Translations under genes and position numbers: made by a program
The notes under the pieces: generated by a model
Databases searched by the model: none
Told to the model about the DNA's origin: nothing
What the model saw: the letters and a program-made list of their open reading frames with translations, nothing else
IMG/VR virus record: IMGVR_UViG_3300032086_001156
Span: 1,093 to 65,092 of that record
From: a virus
Lineage: Duplodnaviria; Caudoviricetes
Direction: 5' to 3' (one strand)
DNA: 64,000 bases
Shown: positions 29,817 through 39,551 of the stretch, in pieces
How positions within the stretch are numbered: the stretch's first letter is position 1
Layout: every line of letters starts with the position of its first letter

Positions 29817-30196
29817 TATCCTTTTGCTACTCCACTTTTATCAATCTTAACTTTTGGTTTTCTCTTTGCAGCTTCACTCTTCTTAACTTGAGGTATTAAT
29901 TTCCTTGCAATCTTAGCTATAGCTGCTTTCTTCTTCTCTAACTTTTGTTCTATATCTTTCTTCTGTCCGATTGAGAAAGTATTATAGTCTTTGTCTTTTA
30001 TCATCTTCTTGATGAGAATCATTCTTGCACGTTTACGTGCTTTTCTTTCTAGAGACTTAGGGTCGAAGTTTGCTTTCTTCATTGCCTTTTTTCTTTTCAA
30101 CATTATCTTTGCTTTGTTTTTACGAAAAGCTTGACGTTTCTTCATACGTGTTGCGTACGAATCAACCTCTGTAATGTACTCTAAAAAAGACTTCAT
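29816..30196 (-). CDS. highly basic protein, probable internal head protein
   Basis: MKSFLEYITE N-terminus, K/R-rich, late promoter at 30202-30209. Confidence 0.65.
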   Translation of the reverse strand: MKSFLEYITEVDSYATRMKKRQAFRKNKAKIMLKRKKAMKKANFDPKSLERKARKRARMILIKKMIKDKDYNTFSIGQKKDIEQKLEKKKAAIAKIARKLIPQVKKSEAAKRKPKVKIDKSGVAKG

Positions 30197-30204
30197 AGTC
30201 TTAT

Positions 30205-32715
30205 TTATGTAAAGAAACTATCCAGTGATGCAACGGGTTCTGTATTCCATCCCATCAAATGAATAACTACTCGTAACGGTTCAAGAAATGCTTTGTTGAA
30301 TTGCATATCATAATCTGTAAACTTGTGTAAATCAAACTCCTTCGGTAGTTCTCCTACGAATCCAATTACATTCTCATTGATTGGGTTTGGAAGTGTAAGA
30401 TAACAGAAGTGTATCTTCTCACCTTCTTTGATAGTTTCATACTTACCTTTGAGATTCTTCTCCTCTAACAAGTGATTGAATAGAAGTGAACCTCTGACAT
30501 GAATCGGTGTTGACTTACGATACACTGTATTGTCTCCAGTGTACTGTTTGAGATTTCTTACACCTCTAGGGAATGCAACCACTTCGGGTGGTAACGTTTT
30601 AAACTCGTCCCTTGCATTCTCTACGAAGTCCCACAGTTCTTGTTCTGTTCCTGTCATTGCAACCTTGAAACCTTCTTCTAGTTTTGTTCTGACCCACTGT
30701 GGAGTTGAAGACTTTGCAGTTTCGATACCCATCATTTTGAGTTTAGGTTCTGCAAGTCTGACACCTTCGTTGTCATATACATTTAGAATGTATCTTTTCT
30801 TTGCAGTCCATACACCTCTGTCTGCAATTACCTCTCTACCCATCTCCATTTTTTGTTGATAGGAATTCATGTACTCTGCAAGTTCTTCGTATCCCTCATC
30901 AATGATTGGTTTAATCTTTGTGTTTGCAACTGTATCGATAAACGATATAATTTTTTGCTTGTCTGTTTCTTCGGGAAACACTGTTTGCACTAGGTCGTCA
31001 AGGGTGATGTAAACAGAGTCTGTGTCGATTGCAATAACTCTGTCTTTGTCATCACCAAGAATCCCTTGTAAGTAATTGTTGATTTGTTTTTCTGCCCACT
31101 GAATAGATAACTGTCCACTGGTCGTAATACCTTCTGCCATCGGTACACTGAAGAATGCAAACCATCTGTTTGCTAATGCACCATAAGCTGAGTTAAGTGC
31201 AATCTTTCTGACTTGTTGATTATTGTATGCACGTTTGATAAGTGTATCAAGTTCCTTCAGTCGTCTGACATCTTTAGTCTTCTCTTTCTCCTTCTGATAC
31301 TCAATCATTTTCTTCTTCCACATCTTACGTTCATCGTAAAATGTTTCCATGAGTTCGGGAAGGAATCCTTGTTTCTCTCTACTGAACATTGCACCATTTG
31401 CTGCCATCGATAGATTCTGTTTCTTGAGATAAGACAAGTCACATTCTTTGTTTAATAGTTTCTTTACACTTGCATCACCGAATGAACCTTTTTGCATAGT
31501 CTCGGGTGATATGTTGTATTGCATAATCAAATGTGGATATAGACTGTTCAAGTCAAATGACACTACCCAATCGTGTTTACCCACGTGTGGTTCTTTTACG
31601 TATGCACCGATAATCTGTTTTGATTTATCTTCACCTTGTATCTTCTTAGGAGGCATCTGAATACCACGTTCCTTAAGGAAGTTGTAGATGATTGTCTCCC
31701 AATACTTCACCATACCAAAGGTATCATTGAAGTTACACTTTGCAGTGTAAGCTTGTGACATGATGAGTTCCATGAGACCTAGTTTGTCTTCCAGTTCTTC
31801 AACAAGAACAACGTCACGAATATTGTATTCTAGAAACTTCTCATAGTTCTTTTGATACAACATGTGAAGTGAACCATACTCTGAGTAATCTAGTTTCTGT
31901 TTACCAAGTTCTACCTTTGCAATGTGGTCAAGTTTGTATGACTCTTGATTGACGAAAGTATTCTTCTTGTACAGTTCTAGATAGTCAATGATATTAATAC
32001 CATGAAGTGTGTAGTTTACATTCTTCTGATATCCATAGGTTGTGAACTCACGTGTTTCTGATGAACCCCAAGGTGATAGTTTCTTGTGTTCGTTCTCACC
32101 TAGTATTCTATCGATACGATTACAAAGGTAAGTGATATCAAAACTATCTACGTTCCAACCTGTGACGATGTCTAGGTTTAGTTCTCTCCACACTTTGATG
32201 AACTTCATCAAGAGGTCTGCCTCTGAACCACATGGAATGTAAATTACATTATCTTGGTCGTGGTTCCACTCACCATATCCTAGAACAATAGTGTCCTTAC
32301 CAAATGGTTTGATTGATATTGCATTGACCTTCTCCATTGCAATGAGTGGGTCGGGGAATCCGTTCTCACACTCACACTCGATATCAAGTGTTGCAATTTT
32401 GATTTGACTTGGTTCGTATTTGATTTCACCTTGAAACCTATCTGATATCCAGTTGTACATCCACTTGTCGTAACCATGTACTTCGAATCCTGAGATACCA
32501 TGATATTTCTCTTTGAACTTTCTTGCACCTGACATTGAGTCTAGGTTTACGGGTTCAAGATATCTCCCGTCAATCGTTCTGTGGGATGTGGGTGTTTTAG
32601 ATAACACATAAAGATTAGGTCTATAGTTAATAGACATCTTCTTAGGTTTACCTTTTTGATATCCTCTGACAAGGAGTTTGTTCCCGAAACGGGTGACGTT
32701 AGTGTAGAAATCCAT
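30205..32715 (-). CDS. gp43: family B DNA polymerase (gp43)
   Basis: DIEC exonuclease I, FDLNSLYP, KIALNSAYG, IDTDS, KKRY. Confidence 0.98.
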   Translation of the reverse strand: MDFYTNVTRFGNKLLVRGYQKGKPKKMSINYRPNLYVLSKTPTSHRTIDGRYLEPVNLDSMSGARKFKEKYHGISGFEVHGYDKWMYNWISDRFQGEIKYEPSQIKIATLDIECECENGFPDPLIAMEKVNAISIKPFGKDTIVLGYGEWNHDQDNVIYIPCGSEADLLMKFIKVWRELNLDIVTGWNVDSFDITYLCNRIDRILGENEHKKLSPWGSSETREFTTYGYQKNVNYTLHGINIIDYLELYKKNTFVNQESYKLDHIAKVELGKQKLDYSEYGSLHMLYQKNYEKFLEYNIRDVVLVEELEDKLGLMELIMSQAYTAKCNFNDTFGMVKYWETIIYNFLKERGIQMPPKKIQGEDKSKQIIGAYVKEPHVGKHDWVVSFDLNSLYPHLIMQYNISPETMQKGSFGDASVKKLLNKECDLSYLKKQNLSMAANGAMFSREKQGFLPELMETFYDERKMWKKKMIEYQKEKEKTKDVRRLKELDTLIKRAYNNQQVRKIALNSAYGALANRWFAFFSVPMAEGITTSGQLSIQWAEKQINNYLQGILGDDKDRVIAIDTDSVYITLDDLVQTVFPEETDKQKIISFIDTVANTKIKPIIDEGYEELAEYMNSYQQKMEMGREVIADRGVWTAKKRYILNVYDNEGVRLAEPKLKMMGIETAKSSTPQWVRTKLEEGFKVAMTGTEQELWDFVENARDEFKTLPPEVVAFPRGVRNLKQYTGDNTVYRKSTPIHVRGSLLFNHLLEEKNLKGKYETIKEGEKIHFCYLTLPNPINENVIGFVGELPKEFDLHKFTDYDMQFNKAFLEPLRVVIHLMGWNTEPVASLDSFFT

Positions 32716-32721
32716 AATGTA

Positions 32722-32750
32722 ATTATACCACAGTGAGTGGTTCGAGTCTA
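32722..32750 (-). promoter_or_regulatory. sigma70-like promoter of gp43
   Basis: TAGACT-N17-TATAAT with extended -10 TG; ATG 6 nt downstream. Confidence 0.7.
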
Positions 32751-32963
32751 GTTGTTTTCAGTTCTTTCTATTAAATCTTCAATCACTTCTAGTATGTCAA
32801 CATACTCTGCAACTTTTTTAATCTCTTCTGATATTGTTTCTGATAGGTCGGCATGCTCACCAAGACCCATAGGGTTGTTAAGTAGATTCTCAACGTTGGC
32901 TTCATGTCTTCTCATGTTACCCAATGCCCATAGTTTTTGTGCTTCTAATAGTTTATCTCTCAT
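32748..32963 (-). CDS. conserved hypothetical protein
   Basis: HEANVE.LL.NP.GLGEH.D pattern. Confidence 0.65.
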   Translation of the reverse strand: MRDKLLEAQKLWALGNMRRHEANVENLLNNPMGLGEHADLSETISEEIKKVAEYVDILEVIEDLIERTENN

Positions 32964-33241
32964 GACTGTATCCGTGCTAGAGAGTTAAGATAGTTTCTCT
33001 CTAGGTTATAACGTGGTTTGAATATTGCAACCACTGTTTTCTTCTTCAATTTAAATTCGTACTTCTCTGCATATGGACACCATACACCTAGATTGACATC
33101 AAGTCTTGACTTCTCTTCATCGTATTCTTGTATCAAGACTTTAGGTTCGTATAGATGGTATACACCCCATCCTTCTTTGACGTGTGATATAAGTGTTTCA
33201 CCTGTGTCTAGTCTCAGACACTTAACATCAGTCTTAAACAT
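32960..33241 (-). CDS. hypothetical protein (Sm-like fold suspected)
   Basis: VKCLRLDTGETLI...W.PY. Confidence 0.6.
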   Translation of the reverse strand: MFKTDVKCLRLDTGETLISHVKEGWGVYHLYEPKVLIQEYDEEKSRLDVNLGVWCPYAEKYEFKLKKKTVVAIFKPRYNLERNYLNSLARIQS

Positions 33242-33689
33242 TTCTTACCATTTCTTGTAGTTCGACTGAGCGTCTTCCTACTTGTTTGAACCATCGACTG
33301 TCTTCCATTTCGACTGCAACTTTTTCCCAGTCGTTTGCAATGACACCTTTCCACATGTTATTGAACTTACCAAATCTAGTTCCACCTAGATTGAAAGTCA
33401 TATTGACAAGAACGTGTTGAATATCTTCGGGTAGACTGTAGAAGTCTTCTCCACCTTTTGACTCAAACACATGAATTGTTTCTTCTACGTGTTTTTCAAA
33501 ATCGAGTTCGTATACTTCGTCTACTCTTTCTTGTGATACAGGTGTACCAACTGGTTGTCCGAATTCGGGGTCGTCATCCTTGACGAGATGACCTACTCCA
33601 TATGTTAGATATCCTAAAGAGTCTTCATAAATTTCGAGGACTTCACCCTCATGTCTCTTTATCTGTTCCTTCAATACTTCTTTGTTCAT
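33234..33689 (-). CDS. T4-type lysozyme (GH24)
   Basis: HEG...YEDSLGYLTYGVGHL, NMTFNLG, DSRWFKQVGRR. Confidence 0.9.
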   Translation of the reverse strand: MNKEVLKEQIKRHEGEVLEIYEDSLGYLTYGVGHLVKDDDPEFGQPVGTPVSQERVDEVYELDFEKHVEETIHVFESKGGEDFYSLPEDIQHVLVNMTFNLGGTRFGKFNNMWKGVIANDWEKVAVEMEDSRWFKQVGRRSVELQEMVRNV

Positions 33690-33987
33690 TCTCTGTGTCC
33701 TTTTTAATTTGTGTTTGGATGAGTTCTACTAGGATATCACCCATGATATTATTTAGGTCTTCGTTTTGTTCAAGTGTCTCTAATTCCCACTTTTCATCGT
33801 CCCACTTTCTAATGGTTCTTTGGAAGTTTAGTTCGGGTTTACCGTCTACAAACTCAACCTTTCCATATTGATATATGATACCTTCAAACTCACCTTGCAT
33901 GATTTCTATACCAGCTTCTTTCTCGTGTGGATTCTCTACTACTCTGTAGAAACCTCCATCAAATAGTGGACTATCCGAAAAACTCAT
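33649..33987 (-). CDS. conserved T4-like hypothetical protein
   Basis: GIIYQYGKVEF...MGDILVELI. Confidence 0.65.
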   Translation of the reverse strand: MSFSDSPLFDGGFYRVVENPHEKEAGIEIMQGEFEGIIYQYGKVEFVDGKPELNFQRTIRKWDDEKWELETLEQNEDLNNIMGDILVELIQTQIKKDTENEQRSIEGTDKET

Positions 33988-35257
33988 TTAAATTTCCTCC
34001 AAATTGTGTTGGTAGTTTATCTTGTGTCCCTTGATACCCCAACCAATCTGTAAACATATTCCAATCTTTAATTTGTTTTAGACCTCTGTCATCTACACCT
34101 GATGGATTGTTTGAAAGTGTATCAACTCTATCCATGAAGTGTTCAACCACTTGCATCTGATTGAAGAAGGGTAACAGTTTTGCACCGTCTTCTCCTTCGG
34201 GACTGTTATACAGTCTTTCTCTTTCAGTGTTCTTACTAGACCACTTTGTTGACTCCTCGATAAGTGTATCAAAGGAGTTGATTCCGAATGTTAGGAATGC
34301 ATCCTTATTCTTATTGTAGATATCTCCAATAGACGGAATCAACTGTTCGTTATAAATCTGTTCTCTGTTGTAGTTTCTTGATGGTGAATCAATATCAATG
34401 TTCACCCAGTCTTGTGTTCTGTATCTAGAGAAGAACCAAGAGTTTGCTTGTGTAGATGAATCATATGATAGATTCTCTACGAATGAAAAGTATTCGGGTG
34501 ATACAAAGAATGCAGTCATCATCTCATGTGACCCTACACCTAACAAGTGTATATTCTTTTTAAGTTCAATAGGTATCTGAAACTCTGACACTGCATAACA
34601 CATCTCCATCCTGTTTACGAATCCAGTACCTGAACATGCAGATGATAATGATATCGATGCACATCTTTTTAGTTCTTCATCTGTTAAACCATTGACGATA
34701 GTTTCGATGTACTGTCTATATGAATCTACATCTTGTCCTTGCACAATCAGTGACACTTGAGTAGGTGACTCCATTGCATCAAACACTTGAATCTGTCTCT
34801 TGACATTTGCAAGTGTAGAGTTTGCTTTATCTTGTATCAGTTCTTTTGCAAATCTTCTACCTGCTGTAGAAGTCTTCATTGACCAACCTGTATTGGAACC
34901 ATCAAACTCTGTAGGGATGTCATCAAAAATCATTGCAACATCGGAATACTGAGCTTGGTGTCTGTATATCTTATCTTTGATTTCATCAGTAAGTCCTTTC
35001 TTTGTCCTTGACAATTGTAGACCACCACTGTCTGCAAAAAGATTAAACCATGAAGGCATCAAGTCATGAATACATTCTCCGTGTTTTGGTTCACAGTGTG
35101 AGTTGAACAACATGGATATATTCTGATTTTTGTACTTATCATCCATGTATGATATCTTATCGTTGAATACAGAAACGTAAGGTTGAAGTGAACTTGGTTT
35201 ATAATACAAGTCACCTGTACCCATAGTCATTCCTGATATCACATATTCAAAATTCAT
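33971..35257 (-). CDS. dpdA: TGT-fold transglycosylase, DpdA-like
   Basis: ADSGGLQ, FDDIP, VQG, IHLLGVG, SYDSST; lies downstream of folE and queCED. Confidence 0.75.
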   Translation of the reverse strand: MNFEYVISGMTMGTGDLYYKPSSLQPYVSVFNDKISYMDDKYKNQNISMLFNSHCEPKHGECIHDLMPSWFNLFADSGGLQLSRTKKGLTDEIKDKIYRHQAQYSDVAMIFDDIPTEFDGSNTGWSMKTSTAGRRFAKELIQDKANSTLANVKRQIQVFDAMESPTQVSLIVQGQDVDSYRQYIETIVNGLTDEELKRCASISLSSACSGTGFVNRMEMCYAVSEFQIPIELKKNIHLLGVGSHEMMTAFFVSPEYFSFVENLSYDSSTQANSWFFSRYRTQDWVNIDIDSPSRNYNREQIYNEQLIPSIGDIYNKNKDAFLTFGINSFDTLIEESTKWSSKNTERERLYNSPEGEDGAKLLPFFNQMQVVEHFMDRVDTLSNNPSGVDDRGLKQIKDWNMFTDWLGYQGTQDKLPTQFGGNLNEFFG

Positions 35258-35496
35258 CTAGTATAAAACTTCCATAATCCATACACACTAATAATAAACC
35301 AAAAGAATTCAATCACTAGACTTGCAAGGTTAGGTGTGTAAACTAAACTCACAGTCACAAGTATTGCAACCATCATGTTATTAAAACTGTACCAAAAACC
35401 CTTAGGGTCGATACGGTCTAACTGTAGAAGTGCATAGGTTACTATCAGTAATCCCACTCCTACGAATCCAATCATGTCGGGTAATGTTATTGACAT
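35254..35496 (-). CDS. small three-TM membrane protein (CBU_0592-like)
   Basis: GFVGV....YALLQ...YS..N...NLASLVIEFFW..IS.YG. Confidence 0.6.
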   Translation of the reverse strand: MSITLPDMIGFVGVGLLIVTYALLQLDRIDPKGFWYSFNNMMVAILVTVSLVYTPNLASLVIEFFWFIISVYGLWKFYTR

Positions 35497-36170
35497 CTTT
35501 TACCCCAAACGATTTGCATGAACTCTGTTCTTGTTTTGTCATCATCAAAGAATGCACCACCTAATCTAGATGTGATTGTTGATGACCCTGTATCTTCTAC
35601 ACCTCTACTCTTTACACAGTAGTGTTGTGCATCAACTACGACTGCAACATCTTCTGTATCAAGAATGTATGATAATGCATGATAAATTTGTTCTGTTAGT
35701 CTCTCTTGTATTTGTGGTCTCTTAGAAAAGTATTCTACGATACGATTCATCTTACTAAGACCTAAGACTTTTTGTTTTGGTATGTAAGCTACTGTTGCAA
35801 CACCATCGATTACTACGAAGTGATGTTCACAGTTTGACTGAACACTTATGTTTGTTTCCACAATCATGTTCTCATACTTCATCTTGTTGTCAACTGCAGT
35901 ACACTTAGGGAAAGCTTCGTAGTCTAATCCCCAAAAGACTTCATTAACATACATCTTTGCAACTCTTTTTGGTGTGTCCATTAGACTATCATCGGATAAG
36001 TCTAGACCAAGAGTCTCCATGATTTGTTTCATGCATCTTTCTATGTTTTCTATTTTGTCGGTACGACTTAGACCAGTATGAACTACTGGTGTTTCTACAC
36101 CTACTTTCTGTAGATGGTTGTGAATTTCTAAACCCAATGCTGGGTCTGTTTTGGTTTTATTATATGCCAT
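35487..36170 (-). CDS. folE: GTP cyclohydrolase I
   Basis: TPKRVAKMY, CEHH, GLSK, RPQIQERLT, HYCVKSRG. Confidence 0.96.
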   Translation of the reverse strand: MAYNKTKTDPALGLEIHNHLQKVGVETPVVHTGLSRTDKIENIERCMKQIMETLGLDLSDDSLMDTPKRVAKMYVNEVFWGLDYEAFPKCTAVDNKMKYENMIVETNISVQSNCEHHFVVIDGVATVAYIPKQKVLGLSKMNRIVEYFSKRPQIQERLTEQIYHALSYILDTEDVAVVVDAQHYCVKSRGVEDTGSSTITSRLGGAFFDDDKTRTEFMQIVWGKRCQ

Positions 36171-36234
36171 TTGATTACCTTCCTTACTCGGTTATGTTTT
36201 TTGATATGTTGTTACCTTTGTGTAACACATATAT

Positions 36235-36993
36235 TTATATCTTCCAATCTCCGTAACAGACTAGTGCTTTCTGAATGTCACTGTCTTCTTTACCACGATA
36301 TGTACCATTATATACTGACTCTTTAATTTCGTCAAGCCATTTTGCTTTAGTTGGGTCATTTTCCCAATAGTCATCTTCAAAAAAGATATCGTTGTTTACC
36401 AATGATACCCATTTCCTAAAACATGCTTTACACTGTCCACAGTGTTTAAGTTTACCTTCGTAACATGAATAGGATTGAAACAGTTGTCTCTCTGCAAAAT
36501 CTCTACCCTTAACCTGAATAAACTCTCTGACTAATTCTGTTTTTGTTTTGTTCTTGTATGGTGATTCGATTATAAATTTTCTTTCCTCAGTCCAGTGTTG
36601 TTCTTGCCACATGTGATTAAGTAAGTCCATCATTCTTAGATAGAACACATCATCTTTATCATATGACCTGTCTCCACTGACTGAACCCATCATGATATGT
36701 TCACCATAGTATGATGCAATCAACACTAAGTGTGCATTTCTATTTGGAACTATTGCATCATCTCTTTCGAATTGTCCTAAGTTTAATACATCATCAAGGA
36801 ATATCATTCTCTCATCTAAACCACTCATAGTCATTCTTTCTCTATGGTCGTAATTAGATTTCATACTGATGTTCAATAGGACATCGGGTTGTAAGAGATG
36901 GTCAATGATTATTGAATCTTGTCCACCACTGTAGAGAAGAACACTCTTACCTCTGACTTTCTCTCTATTGTTTGTTATCATATTTACACTCAT
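36235..36993 (-). CDS. queC: 7-cyano-7-deazaguanine synthase
   Basis: YSGGQDS, VPNRN, SYSCY...CGQCKAC. Confidence 0.88.
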   Translation of the reverse strand: MSVNMITNNREKVRGKSVLLYSGGQDSIIIDHLLQPDVLLNISMKSNYDHRERMTMSGLDERMIFLDDVLNLGQFERDDAIVPNRNAHLVLIASYYGEHIMMGSVSGDRSYDKDDVFYLRMMDLLNHMWQEQHWTEERKFIIESPYKNKTKTELVREFIQVKGRDFAERQLFQSYSCYEGKLKHCGQCKACFRKWVSLVNNDIFFEDDYWENDPTKAKWLDEIKESVYNGTYRGKEDSDIQKALVCYGDWKI

Positions 36994-37829
36994 GTTCCGA
37001 TTTGGTTACCCCATATATAACAATGAACTCTTGCAGATACATTGTATCCTCTGTCCATTGTTTGTTCTGCAATCATAGCTGCATTCTCTTGTTGTGTTTC
37101 TTCTAATGCACCTACAGGCATAATCCATATAGGATATCCAACACCAACATCACGGAAGGATTGGATTGCATTTTCAATCTCTTCCCATGATTCATCTGTT
37201 CCATTACATACAAACTTGAGTTGTCCTTGTTGTGATAACTCCCAGTATTGTTTTACGATTTCGGGTTTGACTGCATCCTTCTCTCCACTAGTGTTGAAGA
37301 TTTTAGGACTGATGGAAAAGAAAAATTCTTTACGAGGATAATGATTGATGTATGTTTCTAGTTCTTCACGGATAATTTGTGTTCCGTTTGTTTCGAATGT
37401 GATGTAGTTCTGTTTTGGAATTCTGTTGAGTATTTTTACTACGTTCTTTTGTGCAGCTCTAAGTAATGGTTCTCCACCAGTGAATGCAAGATGCCAGTTG
37501 TCCTTCAACATGTCATCTAGTTTGTCTGCAACTTCTTCGGGTGTCTCGTTGTGTTGTAGATGTGCAAACTTCTTTGACCAAGAATATGATGAGTCACAAC
37601 CGTATTTAAATACAGGTAACTCTTCTACTTGAGTAATATCTGTTAGGTCTATCTTCTCGAAAGGTAGTTCGTATGTGGATGGGTCTGTTGGGTCTTTTTG
37701 TCCGAAACCGTTGCACTCAAGATTACATCCAAAGAATCTCAACCATGCAGTTGGAACTCCAGTGTAATGTCCTTCACCTTGAATACTTTTAAAAATTTCC
37801 GAATATAGCACTGTTTGCTCCATGTTCAA
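36990..37829 (-). CDS. queE: 7-carboxy-7-deazaguanine synthase (radical SAM)
   Basis: EIFKSIQGEG, GCNLEC...CDS, TGGEPL, ETNGT, SISPK. Confidence 0.93.
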   Translation of the reverse strand: MNMEQTVLYSEIFKSIQGEGHYTGVPTAWLRFFGCNLECNGFGQKDPTDPSTYELPFEKIDLTDITQVEELPVFKYGCDSSYSWSKKFAHLQHNETPEEVADKLDDMLKDNWHLAFTGGEPLLRAAQKNVVKILNRIPKQNYITFETNGTQIIREELETYINHYPRKEFFFSISPKIFNTSGEKDAVKPEIVKQYWELSQQGQLKFVCNGTDESWEEIENAIQSFRDVGVGYPIWIMPVGALEETQQENAAMIAEQTMDRGYNVSARVHCYIWGNQIGT

Positions 37830-38223
37830 AACACTCTACCGAGTGTACTCTTACTCTATCATCATTGTACTCACGTACACAGTAATCGTAAACATATTTA
37901 GCAAACATTTCACATCCGACACTTTCCATCATCACCAATCTGATTAAACCATCATGGGATAACTTTCTAAAGGTATAGATATGAGGGTCGTCTTCTGCGA
38001 CTGCAGTTGTGTGGTCAAATGTATCCTCTAGAAAGTTTTTGAGTTTAGAGAAATCTCCAAAATCAATAACCCAGTTTCTAGAGTCTAGTGTGTCTGCTTC
38101 GAAAGTGATTTTAAATCCAAGAGAATACCCGTGAATTAAATTACAGTGACTGTCTGCTTTCCATTGTCTGAATGCACAGGATAGTCCTCTGTCGTTTCCG
38201 TAAGTTTTGATTACTCGATACAT
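37789..38223 (-). CDS. queD: 6-carboxytetrahydropterin synthase
   Basis: HCNLIHGY, DFG, FDH, FEHGANSA. Confidence 0.92.
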   Translation of the reverse strand: MYRVIKTYGNDRGLSCAFRQWKADSHCNLIHGYSLGFKITFEADTLDSRNWVIDFGDFSKLKNFLEDTFDHTTAVAEDDPHIYTFRKLSHDGLIRLVMMESVGCEMFAKYVYDYCVREYNDDRVRVHSVECFEHGANSAIFGNF

Positions 38224-38273
38224 AGATTCATTATATAATATACTAGACCTTGCTGTCTAGATGTTTTTCAATA

Positions 38274-38301
38274 AAAATTGGGGGTTGGTAAGAGAACCCC
38301 C
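38274..38301 (-). terminator. intrinsic terminator
   Basis: GGGGGTT-N8-AACCCCC followed by AATTTTT. Confidence 0.7.
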
Positions 38302-38316
38302 GAAAACTCTTTTAGA

Positions 38317-38550
38317 TTAAGATTGAACAGGTGCTTCTGCTTCTGTTAGAACTTCAGCTTCACTGTCTGCTGGTGCATCTTCTTTACCTTCATTACTCTC
38401 TACATCTGTAAAGAATTCTGAAACAAAGTTTACTGCGTCGTCCAACATACCGTGTACTGATAGATGATTAGGAGTTGCCTCTTTATCATCATGTTCAATA
38501 ACAACTGCATAACCATTTGCTGCTCTCTCAATTGTTGCTCTAAATGCCAT
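38317..38550 (-). CDS. small acidic hypothetical protein
   Basis: ATIERAANGY; followed by a terminator. Confidence 0.65.
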   Translation of the reverse strand: MAFRATIERAANGYAVVIEHDDKEATPNHLSVHGMLDDAVNFVSEFFTDVESNEGKEDAPADSEAEVLTEAEAPVQS

Positions 38551-38555
38551 TTTTT

Positions 38556-39065
38556 CTACTCCAAGTTTGAAAGGATGTTTTCAGGGTTAGTAACCTTGTA
38601 TGGGTCATCACCAGCATCTTGTGAGATACCTGGCTCTTCATACCATTGAGTGATTAGACCGTCTTCAACGACAGCTGCACATCTCCATGCACGTTTACCA
38701 AATCCTAAGTTTAATTTATCAACCAAAATACCAAGTTTGTTTGCAAAGGCACCATTACCATCTGCAATCATCTTGACCTTTGTTATATTTAGGTCGTTTG
38801 CCCATGCGTTCATAACAAATCCATCATTTACTGAAAAACAATAAATGTTGTCAACACCCTTACCTTGGAATTCTTCAAATAACTCCTCATAACGAGGAAG
38901 TTGTCTAGTTGAACACGTTGGTGTAAATGCGCCTGGCAAAGTAAAGAATACGTTTTTACCTGTCTCAAACATTTTCTGTGTATTGATAACATCAAAGTTA
39001 TCATCCACTCTCTGTGTGAGATGAGTCTTAGGTATTCTAGTTTCTCCTGCTGTAACAAAACTCAT
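38556..39065 (-). CDS. peroxiredoxin (Prx5 type)
   Basis: LPGAFTPTCS, SVNDGFVMNAW, DGNG.F, G.R.WR. Confidence 0.93.
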   Translation of the reverse strand: MSFVTAGETRIPKTHLTQRVDDNFDVINTQKMFETGKNVFFTLPGAFTPTCSTRQLPRYEELFEEFQGKGVDNIYCFSVNDGFVMNAWANDLNITKVKMIADGNGAFANKLGILVDKLNLGFGKRAWRCAAVVEDGLITQWYEEPGISQDAGDDPYKVTNPENILSNLE

Positions 39066-39137
39066 AATAAGTCTCCATAATATAGATTAATATACACATA
39101 GTATACTACCATGTGGATATTTAGTCAATAGGTTTTT

Positions 39138-39551
39138 CTATTTAATTTTAATGATTTGAGGTTTATCTTCTTCAGGAATTTCTCTATCAAGTGTAATCAC
39201 TAGTAAACCATTATTTACTTTTGCAGTCTTGATAACAATGTGTTCTGCAAGAGTGAATTTTCTAATGAAGTTTCTTTCTGAGATTCCCTTATGGATAAAG
39301 TCGACACCATCTACTCTAGGAGATGAATCACCCGTGATAGTTAAAACTCTATCTTTGAACTCAATTGTTATCTCGTCTTTAGAAAAACCAGCAACAGCAA
39401 GTTCGATAAAGAATGAATCTTCATCTACTTTGATTAAGTTATAAGGTGGGTAATTATCTGATTGAGTTGAAACTCTATCGAGGTCTTCGAAGAGTCTATC
39501 AAATCCGATGGTTAGTGGTCTGAAGCGACCGAATGCGTCTATACTTGTCAT
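39138..39551 (-). CDS. hsp20: small heat shock protein (Hsp20/IbpA-like)
   Basis: IGFDRLF, NYPPYNL, AVAGF, HKGIS.R.F, NGLL.I. Confidence 0.95.
   Translation of the reverse strand: MTSIDAFGRFRPLTIGFDRLFEDLDRVSTQSDNYPPYNLIKVDEDSFFIELAVAGFSKDEITIEFKDRVLTITGDSSPRVDGVDFIHKGISERNFIRKFTLAEHIVIKTAKVNNGLLVITLDREIPEEDKPQIIKIK

Noticed and set aside
6300-32715. Introns or inteins in nrdA, nrdB, gp41, uvsX or gp43
   Set aside because: All ORFs are continuous and of normal length.
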